From Candidatus Lustribacter sp. (GTDB lineage: Bacteria; Vulcanimicrobiota; Vulcanimicrobiia; Vulcanimicrobiales; Vulcanimicrobiaceae): DNA of 64,000 bases. A model generated the notes under the pieces. That model saw nothing but the letters and a program-made list of their open reading frames with translations, searched no databases and had not been told where the DNA came from. The stretch spans positions 1,504,001 to 1,568,000 of the forward strand of contig OZ255842.1 in the NCBI GenBank assembly GCA_965277805.1, written 5' to 3'. Of the stretch, positions 10,117-20,478 are shown one piece after another. The position numbers were made by a program, and so were the translations under genes. How positions within the stretch are numbered: position 1 is the first letter of the stretch; every line of letters begins with the position of its first letter.

Positions 10117-11034
10117 ATGCGGATCGGCATCATCGGCGCCGGGGCACTCGGGACGCTGTTCGGATACCGTCTCGCGCGCGACAACGACGTCTCGATGCTG
10201 GAAGTCCGGCCCGAAGTGGTCGCCGCAATCCGGGACCAGGGCCTCGTGGCGGAAGCGGGTGCGGCCCGCCGGCCGGTGAGTATTTCCACGAGCGCGCGCG
10301 ACTTATTTTCCGCCCAGGTGCTGTTCATTTTCGTCCGCGCGACCGATACGATGCGTGCGCTGCGGCCGTTCGTCAACGAACTGGATCCGTCGTGCGTGAT
10401 CGTTTCGCTGCAGAGCGGCATCCAAAACGAAGACGCGGTGAAGGCCACGCTCGGCAGCAACGTTGCGCTCGTGATCGGCGCCACCACCGAATCGGCGTTG
10501 ACGCTCGCGCCGGGCAGCGCCGAACCGCTCGGCGCGGGCACCACGATCGTTGGTCCGGGCGGCGCGTCGCCCGAGGTGTGCACGCGCGTTGCACGCCTGT
10601 TGTCGGACGCGGGAATGACGGCTTCCGTCGCCTACGACATCCGTCCGCACTTGTGGGGAAAGCTGATCGCCAGCGCCGCGATCAATCCCGTCGCGGCCTT
10701 GCTCGATCGCCCGAACGGCATCATCCTTGCCGATCCGGACGCGGGCGAACTGGCACGCTCGCTTGCGCGGGAGGCGGCGGCGGTGGCGAGCGCGTTGCGC
10801 ATCGCGCTGCCGTTCAACGATCCCTGGAGCTACGTGCGCTCGATCGCGGAGCAGACGGCGGGCCTGCAAAATTCGATGCTCGCCGATTTGGCCCAGGGAA
10901 CGAAAACGGAGAACGACCACATAAATGGGGCGGTCGCGGCGGCCGGACGGCGCGCGGCGGTGCCGACGCCCTATAACGACACGATGTTCCGGCTCATCCG
11001 GGCGCGCGAAGCCGTTGCGGTTATTGAAAAATAA
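10117..11034 (+). CDS. panE: 2-dehydropantoate 2-reductase (ApbA/PanE family)
   Basis: GAGALG Rossmann motif, LWGKL...INP, SMLAD and TENDHING. Confidence 0.85.
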   Translation: MRIGIIGAGALGTLFGYRLARDNDVSMLEVRPEVVAAIRDQGLVAEAGAARRPVSISTSARDLFSAQVLFIFVRATDTMRALRPFVNELDPSCVIVSLQSGIQNEDAVKATLGSNVALVIGATTESALTLAPGSAEPLGAGTTIVGPGGASPEVCTRVARLLSDAGMTASVAYDIRPHLWGKLIASAAINPVAALLDRPNGIILADPDAGELARSLAREAAAVASALRIALPFNDPWSYVRSIAEQTAGLQNSMLADLAQGTKTENDHINGAVAAAGRRAAVPTPYNDTMFRLIRAREAVAVIEK

Positions 11035-11063
11035 CTTGAAATTTAAGAGGCCGTAGCCGTGTG

Positions 11064-11108
11064 TTTTCGCGAAAAGCCTCTATACTTCGGTGGTTTTTTG
11101 CGTATAAT
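11064..11108 (+). promoter_or_regulatory. Putative hup promoter: -10 TATAAT (11103-11108) with an upstream 12-bp palindrome TTTTCGCGAAAA (11064-11075)
   Basis: AT-rich intergenic patch in a GC-rich genome; perfect consensus -10 about 50 nt upstream of the hup ATG; AAGGA SD. Confidence 0.55.
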
Positions 11109-11155
11109 TGCCGCGATACGGCTAAGCTAGCCGATTCGCTCAGCGAAAGGAATCC

Positions 11156-11566
11156 ATGACGAAATCGGAACTGGTGAGAGTACTCGCCGAAGACTTCGAG
11201 CTGCCGCGGCGGCAGGTAAATGACTTGGTCGAGGGCCTCCTCGACAAGATTACCGAAGTCCTCAAATCCGGCGATAAAGTTGCACTCACGCCCTTCGGGC
11301 AGTTCAGAATCCGCGATCGCGCAGCGCGTATCGCGCGCAATCCGCAAACCGGTGAACCGGTCAATGTCCCGGCCAAGCGCGTGCTGAAATTCACGGCCGG
11401 CCGGACGCTCAAAGAAGCCGTCGGCGCCCCCAAGCGCGGCGGAGCGAAAAAGTCTGCAGCCAAAAAGTCGACGGCCAAGAAATCCGTTGCCAAGAAGGCG
11501 CCCGCAGCAAAGAAAGCGGTAGCCAAAAAGGCCCCGGCCAAAAAGAAAACCGCCAAAAAGCGCTAG
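11156..11566 (+). CDS. hup: HU DNA-binding protein with histone-H1-like Lys/Ala C-terminal tail
   Basis: MTKSELV, GDKVALTPFGQF and ARNPQTGE HU motifs, followed by an (xxAKK)n tail. Confidence 0.94.
   Translation: MTKSELVRVLAEDFELPRRQVNDLVEGLLDKITEVLKSGDKVALTPFGQFRIRDRAARIARNPQTGEPVNVPAKRVLKFTAGRTLKEAVGAPKRGGAKKSAAKKSTAKKSVAKKAPAAKKAVAKKAPAKKKTAKKR
11444..11563 (+). repeat. Degenerate coding repeat giving eight AKK-containing units (HU tail)
   Basis: Translation: AKK SAAKK STAKK SVAKK APAAKK AVAKK APAKKK TAKKR. Confidence 0.8.
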
Positions 11567-11594
11567 AACGCGCTCGTAGCTCTTATCAACGGTT

Positions 11595-13058
11595 CTACGC
11601 GCGGGCGGCGTAGAACCGTTCGATAAAGTCCAGCGACTCCGTCCGCCAGCCCGATCCTTCGGTCATGTCTCCGCCGAAGGTGAGATAGTTATCACGGCCG
11701 GCATCGTATGGAGCCCACGCCGGTACTCCCGGCCCATTTGGATTACCCGTGGCGGCAAACTGAACCCACGCGGCCATCATCGCATCCGACACCCGTTTGT
11801 CCGCGGCGTCGAACGTGCCGTTTCCGAATACGTAGATCACGTCATCGCTATGAACGGGCGGATTCGACGTGTGCGCGCCGGCATGGGTGAACAAGTAGCG
11901 GAACGTCTTGGGCTGGCGCTTGCTGATCTCTTTCGCCAGGCTGCGGGCGCCGTAACTGAACTGAGCATCGCCGAACGCATCGCCCACCGCCCGCTCCACG
12001 GCGTCGTCGGTCGTGGCGCCATAGTGCGTCCACGCTTCATCCACCATGTCGCCGTAGTTGTCGGCCACGTACGCGCGCAGCTTCTCAGTGGTGCGCACCG
12101 GAATGTTGGCGGTGAACCACCCGCCTTCATACGCGTTGCTGCCGACGATCGCCGGTACGTGCGCAAACGTACCCGAGCGAAAGGCGTCGACCTCATCGCG
12201 ATCGATCGACCAGCCGTCGATAATCGTGCGCAGCGGCCGCGGAATCGTGAGCCCGCGAATCGCCGGGTTGATCTTCGCGTTCAGGGGCAACAGCTCGGCC
12301 GGCGTCATCGCGCGCATCGCCACGAGATCGCCGCCGGCGACGAGGCCGGCTTTTTCCGCATCGGCCAGCGGCGAGAGCGGACGAAATGAACCGGGACTCT
12401 GCAAGATGACTTGGTCGAAGGTCGTGCGGGCTAGCGGCGAGATCAGCAGTGCCGCGACGACCGCGCCGCCGGCCGATTCGCCGAATGCCGTGATGCGTGT
12501 CGGATCGCCGCCGAAGGCCGAGATGTTATCGCGCACCCATTGCAGCGCAGCGATCGCATCGAGAAAGCCGTAGTTGCCGGAGGCGTGCTGCGGTGACTCC
12601 GCCGTGAGCGCCGGATGGGCCAGAAAGCCGAAGACGCCGACGCGGTAGTTCACCGTCACGAGGACGGCGCCGAGCTGCGCGAAGCGCGTGCCGTCGGTGC
12701 GGATCTTCGCGCCGGAATCGGCGGTGAAGCCGCCGCCGTCGAACCACACCAGCACCGGCGCACCGCCGGCAGGCGGGTTCGCCGGAGCCCACACGTTGAG
12801 CGTCAGGCAATCTTCCGACATGCCGGGCGCTTGCGACCCGCGGTCCGCCGGTTCGTTGAGCTGGATCGGATCGAAGCCGAATTTCGAGCCGTCGCGCACG
12901 CCGGTCCACGCGCCGGCCGGCTGCGGCGGGCGCCAGCGAAGCGGCCCCACCGGCGGCGCCGCATACGGAATCCCGCGAAACGCGCGCACGCCGGACTCGC
13001 TGACGGTACCGGAGATGTCGCCCGAGGCGGTGTGAACAATTGATTGCGCAGACGTCAT
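11595..13058 (-). CDS. Carboxylesterase type B (PnbA/COesterase family)
   Basis: FRGIPYAAPPVGPLRW, SEDCLTLNVW and nucleophile GESAG. Confidence 0.94.
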   Translation of the reverse strand: MTSAQSIVHTASGDISGTVSESGVRAFRGIPYAAPPVGPLRWRPPQPAGAWTGVRDGSKFGFDPIQLNEPADRGSQAPGMSEDCLTLNVWAPANPPAGGAPVLVWFDGGGFTADSGAKIRTDGTRFAQLGAVLVTVNYRVGVFGFLAHPALTAESPQHASGNYGFLDAIAALQWVRDNISAFGGDPTRITAFGESAGGAVVAALLISPLARTTFDQVILQSPGSFRPLSPLADAEKAGLVAGGDLVAMRAMTPAELLPLNAKINPAIRGLTIPRPLRTIIDGWSIDRDEVDAFRSGTFAHVPAIVGSNAYEGGWFTANIPVRTTEKLRAYVADNYGDMVDEAWTHYGATTDDAVERAVGDAFGDAQFSYGARSLAKEISKRQPKTFRYLFTHAGAHTSNPPVHSDDVIYVFGNGTFDAADKRVSDAMMAAWVQFAATGNPNGPGVPAWAPYDAGRDNYLTFGGDMTEGSGWRTESLDFIERFYAARA

Positions 13059-13116
13059 AGGCGGCTTTCCTTCGCCCTTGACAGCGCGGACGCTTCAACC
13101 GACAATCGGCCCCGTC

Positions 13117-13518
13117 ATGAGTTTGCTCAAACGGATCACCAGCCGCGAGGTCGCGGAGCCGCCGCCGCAGTCGTTCTCGCAGTGCCTGCGAGCGGGCGAT
13201 ACGATCTACGTCTCCGGGCAGCTCGCCCGCTTGGAAGACGGCAGCATCGCCGGTGACGGCTCGATGCTCTCCCAGGCGACGATCGCGCTCGGCCGCATCA
13301 AAGCGCTGCTCGAAGCCGCCGACGCGACGATGGACGACGTCGCCAAGCTGACGATCTATTGCACGGACATCAGCAAGCGCCCCGAGATCAGCGAGGCGCG
13401 GCAGAAGTTCTTCACCGGCGACTTCCCGACGTCGACGCTGGTCGAAATCAGCGCGCTCGCCGCACCCGGCCTACTCGTCGAAATCGAGGCCGTCGCGTTC
13501 CATCCGCGAGCTAGCTAG
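13117..13518 (+). CDS. RidA/YjgF/UK114 family protein
   Basis: IYVSGQ, FPTSTLVEISAL and LVEIEAVA. Start 13117 chosen; alternative 13078. Confidence 0.9.
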   Translation: MSLLKRITSREVAEPPPQSFSQCLRAGDTIYVSGQLARLEDGSIAGDGSMLSQATIALGRIKALLEAADATMDDVAKLTIYCTDISKRPEISEARQKFFTGDFPTSTLVEISALAAPGLLVEIEAVAFHPRAS

Positions 13519-14056
13519 GCAGCAGCGGGGCGCCGTCGGCGTTGATCAGGACGAAGGCGATCTTGCACATCGCGCTGCTGCGATTGACCCAGGCGTGGTT
13601 CGTGCCTTGCTGGATCAGGAAGTCGCCGGCTTTCAGATGGACTTCGGTATCGTCGAGGAGCATGTCGATCTCGCCCTCGAGCACGATCGCGTAGTCGACG
13701 CTTTCGGTCGCGTGCATGTGCGGGTGCCGCGCGGCCTTGCGTCCGCGCGAATCCGGCGCGATGCCCATCTCTTTCAAAACGGCTGCGTTGTCGGCGTGAT
13801 ACCCGGGCGGCTCGGGCGGAAATTCGACCACGCGTAAGATCGTGCTGCCCGGCAGGGGGCCGGTTGGAATCTTCATGTCGGCGCGATCGTCGTTGGCGTA
13901 CGTCGCGGGCATCGATGACGTGGTCCACAGCAGCGTGGAACGCGTCCCCGAGCTGCGGGAACCGACGTTGGGTGCGATGCCGTCGATCAGGACAACGGCC
14001 TTACCGTCCGCATCGTGCGTCGTAACGACACGGCGGAGATTGGAGCTTTCGGTCAT
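13511..14056 (-). CDS. Cupin-domain protein
   Basis: RRVVTTHDADGKAV, MHATESVDYAIVLEGEI and QQGTNHAW cupin motifs; ATG at 14056. Confidence 0.9.
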   Translation of the reverse strand: MTESSNLRRVVTTHDADGKAVVLIDGIAPNVGSRSSGTRSTLLWTTSSMPATYANDDRADMKIPTGPLPGSTILRVVEFPPEPPGYHADNAAVLKEMGIAPDSRGRKAARHPHMHATESVDYAIVLEGEIDMLLDDTEVHLKAGDFLIQQGTNHAWVNRSSAMCKIAFVLINADGAPLLPS

Positions 14057-14060
14057 ACGT

Positions 14061-15050
14061 TCAGCTGCCGGCTTTCTCGCGTTCCACGAATTGGCGTAAC
14101 GCTTGGCGGAGGGCGGGATCGACGCCCATGTAGGCGCGCGGATCGGTACCTTCATGGACGACGCGGCGGGGCACCTCGTCGGTCATCTTCTGGGGCGGGG
14201 GTGAGCGCTGGATCAGGTAGCGCCCGTTCTGGAAGAAGATGTCGAACCGCATTTGTGTCAGCGGCAGCACGTCGGCCGAGTACTCGAGCACCCAAATCCG
14301 GTCGAGCTGGTCGCGGAACATCAGATACCGCAGCGTGCCGAAGCGCAGTTCGCGCTCGTGCAGGCAGTGCAGTCCCAGCACCTCGCCGTCGAGGTAGCGG
14401 TAGTTGTCCTGCGCGAGGGTCCGGTCGCGGCGCTCCTCATCGCTGACCGTTCCGGCCGCGAGGCGCGTCGTGTAGTCATTCCGCTCCGCATCGATCGCGG
14501 CGCACTGCTTGGCCAATATTTCGAGCCGCGGGTCGGCGTCGAGCTCGGCGCGGCCCTCGGGGGTCTTGTAGTGCTTGCGGACGTCGAGTTCGCGTACGAC
14601 CAGGGCGGTGCCGATCTTGTCCATGTGGCGCTGAAGCTCGCGCGAGGTCGTGCGGACCTTAATCTGCGCTTCGCGCTTGGCATTGGCAGCTTCGAGCGCT
14701 TGTTTGTAATATTTCTCGGCCGCGCCCATCGAGATGATGTTGTCGAAGAAGAGGGTCGGCGGACGGACGATGCCGCTGGCAGTGCGCTGCTTGGGCACGA
14801 TGCGGGCGTATTTCGAGCGCGTCTGGTGGGCGTGCCGTTCGAGGGCTGCGAGGACGGCCTCTGCCGCGCGCTTGTTGGCTTCAAAGCGGAGGCGCTGGAA
14901 TTCGTGCTCTTCGCGCATCTTGCGCAACGCGTCGGCGATCGCCGCGATGAGCAGCGTCTTGGAGACGGCCTGATACTGCGTGCGGATCTCATTGTCCGCG
15001 ACAAAGTCGGGGACGACATACGGTGCCTCGTCACGCGAATTAAGGCTCAC
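14061..15050 (-). CDS. Hypothetical protein (helical N-terminal two-thirds, beta-rich C-terminal part)
   Basis: 329-aa ORF with normal amino-acid composition, 4 nt upstream of the cupin start; no family recognised. Confidence 0.75.
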   Translation of the reverse strand: MSLNSRDEAPYVVPDFVADNEIRTQYQAVSKTLLIAAIADALRKMREEHEFQRLRFEANKRAAEAVLAALERHAHQTRSKYARIVPKQRTASGIVRPPTLFFDNIISMGAAEKYYKQALEAANAKREAQIKVRTTSRELQRHMDKIGTALVVRELDVRKHYKTPEGRAELDADPRLEILAKQCAAIDAERNDYTTRLAAGTVSDEERRDRTLAQDNYRYLDGEVLGLHCLHERELRFGTLRYLMFRDQLDRIWVLEYSADVLPLTQMRFDIFFQNGRYLIQRSPPPQKMTDEVPRRVVHEGTDPRAYMGVDPALRQALRQFVEREKAGS

Positions 15051-15121
15051 TCGTCAGTCCTTGTCGACGGAGCGGCGCACAGGTTCCTCCTCGGCATCCC
15101 AATCGCCGATAAGACAGAGAG

Positions 15122-15355
15122 ATGTCCGTCGACGGTAACCGGGACGACGCTGCGGTCATATTCGAGATCGCGGCCGAGATTCACCGCTTTATTCAGACGT
15201 TTCCCAACAGCTACGCCTCCCGGGCGCTGGCGGCGCTGATCAATCGTGAGGCCGCCGGGGAAGCGATCGAGGACGACGAGCGGGAACTCGTGCTCATGAC
15301 CCTCGTCCGCGAAGCCAAAGCCCATGCCCGTCAGCGGCGTTTCGGCCGCGAGTGA
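15122..15355 (+). CDS. Small hypothetical protein
   Basis: 77 aa with natural composition; GTGA overlap with the downstream kinase. Confidence 0.6.
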   Translation: MSVDGNRDDAAVIFEIAAEIHRFIQTFPNSYASRALAALINREAAGEAIEDDERELVLMTLVREAKAHARQRRFGRE

Positions 15356-16272
15356 AGCCTCGCGACCGCGTCGTTTGCGTCGGTAATGCGGCGCTCGACC
15401 GCACCTATGCCCTGAAGGGGCCCGTTCACCTCGCGACCTCGAACCCGGCCGTTCTGAGATCGAGCTTCGGCGGCGTGGCACGCAACGTGGCCGAGAACCT
15501 CGGCCGGCTTGGGGTGCCGGTGGCCCTCGTCACGCAGGTCGGCGACGACGCCGGCGGCCGCGCCTTGCGCGACGACTGCGCCAAGCACGGGGTCGATGTC
15601 TCAGGTGTGATCGTTTCGGGCGCGCACCCCACCGCCGAGTACGTGGCGATCGTCGACGCCGGCGGCGAGCTCGTGATCGGCGCCTCGGCGACTGCCGCGA
15701 TCGATGCCCTGAGCATCGCCTCGCTCGGCGCTGCGTTCGACGAGGACGCCCGCACGGCGTGGACGTTCGCCGACTGCACGCTGCCGGCACCCGTGCTGGC
15801 CGCATTCATCGAGGACCGGCGGGCGGGCGGGCCGCCGCTCGCAATCGACGCGGTCTCGATTGCCAAAATCGAACGCCTGCCGCACGATCTGCGCGGGCTC
15901 GATCTGCTCTTCCTCAACGAAGACGAAGCACGCGCGCTGCTCGGTACGTCCGCGCCGGGCGATGCCGCGGAACTTGCCCGCGCGGTACGCAAGCGTGGCC
16001 CGACTGCGGTCGTCCTCACCTGCGGCGCACGCGGCGCCGTCGTTGCGGAAGGCAACGCCACGACGGAAATAGCGGTGATTCCGGCCGCCGTCGTCGACGT
16101 GACCGGGGCCGGCGACGCTCTGATCGCGGGCACGCTCTTCGGGCTCTTACGCGGCGATGAGTTGCCCGGCGCCGTGCGCACGGGCGTCCTGGCGGCGAAG
16201 CTTACGATCGAGTCGCCGGTCTCGGTAGCGCGCAGCCTGACGCGCGCCGCGCTCGAAGCGGCCCGCGTGTGA
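15352..16272 (+). CDS. psuK: PfkB-family kinase, probable pseudouridine kinase
   Basis: GGVARNVAENL and DVTGAGDA PfkB signatures; adjacent to psuG. Confidence 0.85.
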   Translation: MKPRDRVVCVGNAALDRTYALKGPVHLATSNPAVLRSSFGGVARNVAENLGRLGVPVALVTQVGDDAGGRALRDDCAKHGVDVSGVIVSGAHPTAEYVAIVDAGGELVIGASATAAIDALSIASLGAAFDEDARTAWTFADCTLPAPVLAAFIEDRRAGGPPLAIDAVSIAKIERLPHDLRGLDLLFLNEDEARALLGTSAPGDAAELARAVRKRGPTAVVLTCGARGAVVAEGNATTEIAVIPAAVVDVTGAGDALIAGTLFGLLRGDELPGAVRTGVLAAKLTIESPVSVARSLTRAALEAARV

Positions 16273-17228
16273 GGCCGCAACTCGCGGGGCTGGTCGAGAT
16301 CGCGCCGCGCGTCGCGGCGGTGCTGGAGCGCGGCGGTGCGGTGGTGGCGCTGGAAACGACGATCGTCACCCACGGCATGCCGTACCCGCAGAACGTCGAG
16401 ACGGCCCTCGACGTCGAAGCGATCGTCCGCGCAAGCGGTGCCGAACCGGCCACGATCGCGATCGTCGACGGACGCATCCGCATCGGGCTCGAGCCCGCTG
16501 AGATTCGCGCGCTGGCCGGCATGACGTCGGTGCGCAAGGTCAGCCGCGCCGATCTCCCCTTTACGGTGGCGACCGGTGCGCCCGGCGCGACCACGGTCGC
16601 GGCGACGATGATTGCCGCGGCGCTGGCGGGGATCGCGGTATTCGCCACCGGCGGGATCGGCGGCGTCCATCGCGGCGCCGGGGAAACGTTCGACGTCTCG
16701 GCCGATCTCGACGAACTCGCGCGAACCCCGGTCGCCGTCGTCTGCGCCGGGGCGAAGGCGCTCTTGGATTTGCCCAAGACGCTCGAGGTGCTCGAAACGC
16801 GCGGCGTGCCCGTCATCTGTTACGGCAGCGATTTCTTCCCGGCATTCTGGAGCCGCAGCAGCGGTTTGCGCGCGCCGCTGCGATTGGATTCGCCGGCGGC
16901 GATCACGGGCGCGATACGCGCGCAGCATGCCCTCGGCTATACGAGCGGTACGCTCGTGGCGAACCCGGTTGCAGCGGCCGACGAGATTCCGGCGGGCGAA
17001 ATCAGCGCGCACATCGAGGCTGCCGTCGAGGCTGCGCGTGCGACCGGCATCAGCGGGAAAGACGTCACGCCGTTTCTGTTGGACCGCCTGCTCGAACTCA
17101 CCGGCGGCCGCAGTCTTAAGACGAATATCGCTTTGATTAAGAGCAACGCACGGCTCGCCGCCGAGGTCGCGGCCGAGCTCGCAGCGGGGGGAGGCTTCAG
17201 CCCGTTCCAACGAAACCCGGCTTCCTGA
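16269..17228 (+). CDS. psuG: Pseudouridine-5'-phosphate glycosidase
   Basis: [38 protein letters not shown] and GKDVTPFLL. Confidence 0.96.
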   Translation: MRPQLAGLVEIAPRVAAVLERGGAVVALETTIVTHGMPYPQNVETALDVEAIVRASGAEPATIAIVDGRIRIGLEPAEIRALAGMTSVRKVSRADLPFTVATGAPGATTVAATMIAAALAGIAVFATGGIGGVHRGAGETFDVSADLDELARTPVAVVCAGAKALLDLPKTLEVLETRGVPVICYGSDFFPAFWSRSSGLRAPLRLDSPAAITGAIRAQHALGYTSGTLVANPVAAADEIPAGEISAHIEAAVEAARATGISGKDVTPFLLDRLLELTGGRSLKTNIALIKSNARLAAEVAAELAAGGGFSPFQRNPAS

Positions 17229-18859
17229 TGGACGCGCCCGACAATCACGCCGCGTGGGCTGCGCTAGAAGCGCACTACGCCAAAATCCGCCTAACCCACT
17301 TACGTGACCTCTTCGCCGGCGACCCGGATCGCGGTGAACGTCTCAACGCCGAAGGCGCCGGCGTCTTTCTCGACTACTCGAAGAACCGCATCACCAACGA
17401 AACACTCGAACTGCTGCTGAACCTCGCCGAACAGTCGAACCTGCGCGCGCGCATCGACGCCATGTTCCGCGGCGACAAGATCAATGTTTCGGAGAACCGC
17501 GCCGTATTGCACGTGGCCCTGCGCGCGCCGCTCGGCAGCGAGATCATGGTCGACGGGAAGAACGTCGTGCCGGAAGTGCACGAGACGCTCGATAAGATGA
17601 CCGCGTTCTCGGAACGCGTTCGCAGCGGCGAGTGGCGCGGCCATACGGGCAAACGAATTCGCAACGTCGTCAACATCGGGATCGGCGGCTCGGATCTCGG
17701 TCCCGTGATGGCCTACGAAGCCCTCCGCGCATACAGCGATCGCGACATGACGTTCCGCTTCATCTCGAACATCGACGGCACGGACTTCGCTGAAGCGGTG
17801 ATCGATCTCGATGCATCCGAGACGATGTTCATCATCTCATCGAAAACATTCACCACGCTCGAGACGATGACCAACGCCCACACCGCGCGATCGTGGTTGC
17901 TGGGCAAGCTGCACAGCGACGACACCGCGATTGCCAAGCACTTCGTCGCCGTGTCGACCAACGCCGAGGGCGTAGCCCAGTTCGGCATCGACACCGACAA
18001 CATGTTCGGCTTCTGGGATTGGGTCGGCGGCCGCTACTCGATGGATTCGGCCATCGGGCTCTCGACGATGATCGCGATCGGGCCCATGCACTTCAAGCAG
18101 ATGCTGCTCGGCTTCCACGAGATGGACGAACATTTCCGTACCACGCCCTTCGCGCAGAACGTGCCGGTGCTGATGGCGCTCTTAGGATTGTGGTATAACG
18201 ATTTCTTCGGGGCGCAGACGGTAGCCGTGCTGCCCTACGAACAGTATCTCAAGCGCTTTCCGGCCTATTTGCAGCAGCTCACGATGGAAAGCAACGGCAA
18301 GAGCGTACAGCTCAACGGCGCACCCGTCGAACACATCACGGGCCCGATCTACTGGGGCGAACCGGGCACCAACGGCCAGCACTCGTTCTACCAGCTGATC
18401 CATCAGGGCACGCGGCTGATCCCGATCGACTTCATCGCGTTCATCAAGTCGCACAACCCGCTCGGCATGCATCACGACATCCTGATTGCCAACGTATTCG
18501 CGCAAGGCGAAGCGCTGGCGTTCGGCAAGACGCCCGAACAAGTGAAGGCCGAGGGCACGCCCGACTGGCTCGTTCCGCACCGCGTGTTCAAGGGCAACCG
18601 GCCGACGAACACGCTGCTGCTCGATGAATTGACGCCGGCCGCGCTCGGCAAGCTCGTCGCGCTCTACGAGCACGCCGTCTTCGTACAGGGCGTTATCTGG
18701 AACATCGATTCGTTCGATCAATGGGGGGTCGAACTCGGCAAGGTTCTGGCCCAGCGCATCATCCCCGAACTCGACGGTACGCAAGCCGAAATGGGCGCGC
18801 CGCTCGCACACGATAGTTCCACCAACGCCCTGATCCGGCGCTACCGCACGCAAAAGTAA
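17228..18859 (+). CDS. pgi: Glucose-6-phosphate isomerase
   Basis: [42 protein letters not shown] and [10 protein letters not shown]. Confidence 0.98.
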   Translation: MDAPDNHAAWAALEAHYAKIRLTHLRDLFAGDPDRGERLNAEGAGVFLDYSKNRITNETLELLLNLAEQSNLRARIDAMFRGDKINVSENRAVLHVALRAPLGSEIMVDGKNVVPEVHETLDKMTAFSERVRSGEWRGHTGKRIRNVVNIGIGGSDLGPVMAYEALRAYSDRDMTFRFISNIDGTDFAEAVIDLDASETMFIISSKTFTTLETMTNAHTARSWLLGKLHSDDTAIAKHFVAVSTNAEGVAQFGIDTDNMFGFWDWVGGRYSMDSAIGLSTMIAIGPMHFKQMLLGFHEMDEHFRTTPFAQNVPVLMALLGLWYNDFFGAQTVAVLPYEQYLKRFPAYLQQLTMESNGKSVQLNGAPVEHITGPIYWGEPGTNGQHSFYQLIHQGTRLIPIDFIAFIKSHNPLGMHHDILIANVFAQGEALAFGKTPEQVKAEGTPDWLVPHRVFKGNRPTNTLLLDELTPAALGKLVALYEHAVFVQGVIWNIDSFDQWGVELGKVLAQRIIPELDGTQAEMGAPLAHDSSTNALIRRYRTQK

Positions 18860-18868
18860 GGAGAACGA

Positions 18869-19891
18869 ATGCAACTCGGGATGATCGGCCTCGGCCGCAT
18901 GGGCGCCAACATGGTGCGGCGCTTGATGCGCGGCGGACATACCTGCGTCGTCTACGACCGCAGCGCCGACGCGGTTGCGGGACTCGGTAAGGAAGGCGCC
19001 ACCGGCGCTACCGCGCTGAAAGATTTCGTTGCCAAACTCGACAAACCGCGTTCGATCTGGCTGATGGTTCCGGCCGGCGTCACCGATGCGAGCATCAACG
19101 ACCTCGTGCCGCTGCTCGAGAAGGGCGACTGCATCATCGACGGCGGCAACTCGTACTACATCGACGACATCCGCCACGCCAAAGAACTGAGTGCCAAAGG
19201 CATCGATTACGTCGACGTCGGCACGTCGGGCGGCGTGTGGGGCCTCGAACGCGGCTACTGCATGATGATCGGCGGGCCCGATAATGCGGTTAAGCGGCTC
19301 GATCCGATCTTCAACACGCTCGCGCCCGGCATGGGCGACGTCGCGCGCACGCCGGGCCGCCCGGAGAACAAGGGCACGGCCGAACGTGGGTACCTGCACT
19401 GCGGTCCGAGCGGCGCGGGTCATTTCGTGAAGATGGTGCACAACGGCATCGAATACGGCATGATGGCTGCCTACGCTGAGGGGCTCGGCGTGCTGAAGTC
19501 GGCGAACATCGGCAAGACCGCCGGAGCGGAGCACGACGCGGAAACGACGCCGTTGCGCGACCCCGAAGACTATCAGTACGATCTGGACCTGGGGGAGATC
19601 ACCGAAGTGTGGCGGCGCGGCAGCGTGGTTGCATCGTGGCTGCTCGATCTTACCGCGCAGGCCTTCGTCACCGACGAGAATCTCTCGAAGTTCGCCGGCC
19701 GCGTTTCCGACTCGGGTGAAGGCCGCTGGACGATCAAGGCGGCGATCGATGAAGCGGTGCCGGCGCCGGTGCTTACGGCAGCGCTCTACGCGCGGTTCAG
19801 TTCGCGCGGCGAAGCCGACTTCCAGAACAAAGTGCTCTCGGCGATGCGGTTCGGCTTCGGCGGACACTTGGAGACGCCCAAGCCCTCATGA
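18869..19891 (+). CDS. gnd: 6-phosphogluconate dehydrogenase, decarboxylating (short YqeC/GntZ type)
   Basis: [40 protein letters not shown] and FGGH. Confidence 0.96.
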   Translation: MQLGMIGLGRMGANMVRRLMRGGHTCVVYDRSADAVAGLGKEGATGATALKDFVAKLDKPRSIWLMVPAGVTDASINDLVPLLEKGDCIIDGGNSYYIDDIRHAKELSAKGIDYVDVGTSGGVWGLERGYCMMIGGPDNAVKRLDPIFNTLAPGMGDVARTPGRPENKGTAERGYLHCGPSGAGHFVKMVHNGIEYGMMAAYAEGLGVLKSANIGKTAGAEHDAETTPLRDPEDYQYDLDLGEITEVWRRGSVVASWLLDLTAQAFVTDENLSKFAGRVSDSGEGRWTIKAAIDEAVPAPVLTAALYARFSSRGEADFQNKVLSAMRFGFGGHLETPKPS

Positions 19892-20478
19892 ACGGGCCGG
19901 TTCGCGGCGTCCACCATCTGGCGCTCAATACGGAAGACATGAAGAAGACCGTCGACTTCTACACCGACGTGTTGGGCATGCCGCTGATTCACGCGATGCG
20001 CGTGCCGCCCGGACTCGGCACCGGCGCCGGGAACCGCGGCAACCCGCCATTCGAAAACCTGCGCCACTATTTCTTCGATATGGGCAACGACAGCACGCTC
20101 GCGTTCTTCGAGATTCCCAAAGGCGCGAAACCGCACGGCGATCGCGACGGCATCGGCGCGATGCAGCATCTCGCCGTCGCCACGAGCGCCAAAGGCGCCG
20201 TTGAACTCCTCGCGCGGCTGGCGAAACACGACATCGAGAATACCGGCCCGATCGAATCGTTTCCGGGCGTGATGTCGGTGTATTTCTACGATCCCAATGG
20301 AATTCGCCTAGAGTTCGCGTGGCAAGTGGTGGAAGAGGGTCCCGATATCCACGTGATTGACAGCGTGCCGCAGTCGGCCGGCGATGCATTGGCCGAACTT
20401 CGCACCCTCACCGACGACCCCGCCTGGCTCGACCGCGCGACGGCCTACTGGCGGCAACCGGCGGTCACGAACCGTTAA
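19888..20478 (+). CDS. VOC/glyoxalase family protein
   Basis: GVHHLAL...[13 protein letters not shown] and [18 protein letters not shown] overlap with gnd. Confidence 0.88.
   Translation: MNGPVRGVHHLALNTEDMKKTVDFYTDVLGMPLIHAMRVPPGLGTGAGNRGNPPFENLRHYFFDMGNDSTLAFFEIPKGAKPHGDRDGIGAMQHLAVATSAKGAVELLARLAKHDIENTGPIESFPGVMSVYFYDPNGIRLEFAWQVVEEGPDIHVIDSVPQSAGDALAELRTLTDDPAWLDRATAYWRQPAVTNR

Noticed and set aside
15426-19867. Long antisense ORFs (594 aa, 561 aa and many similar across the window)
   Set aside because: Expected from stop-codon scarcity in high-GC DNA opposite well-conserved genes; low-complexity composition with no motifs.
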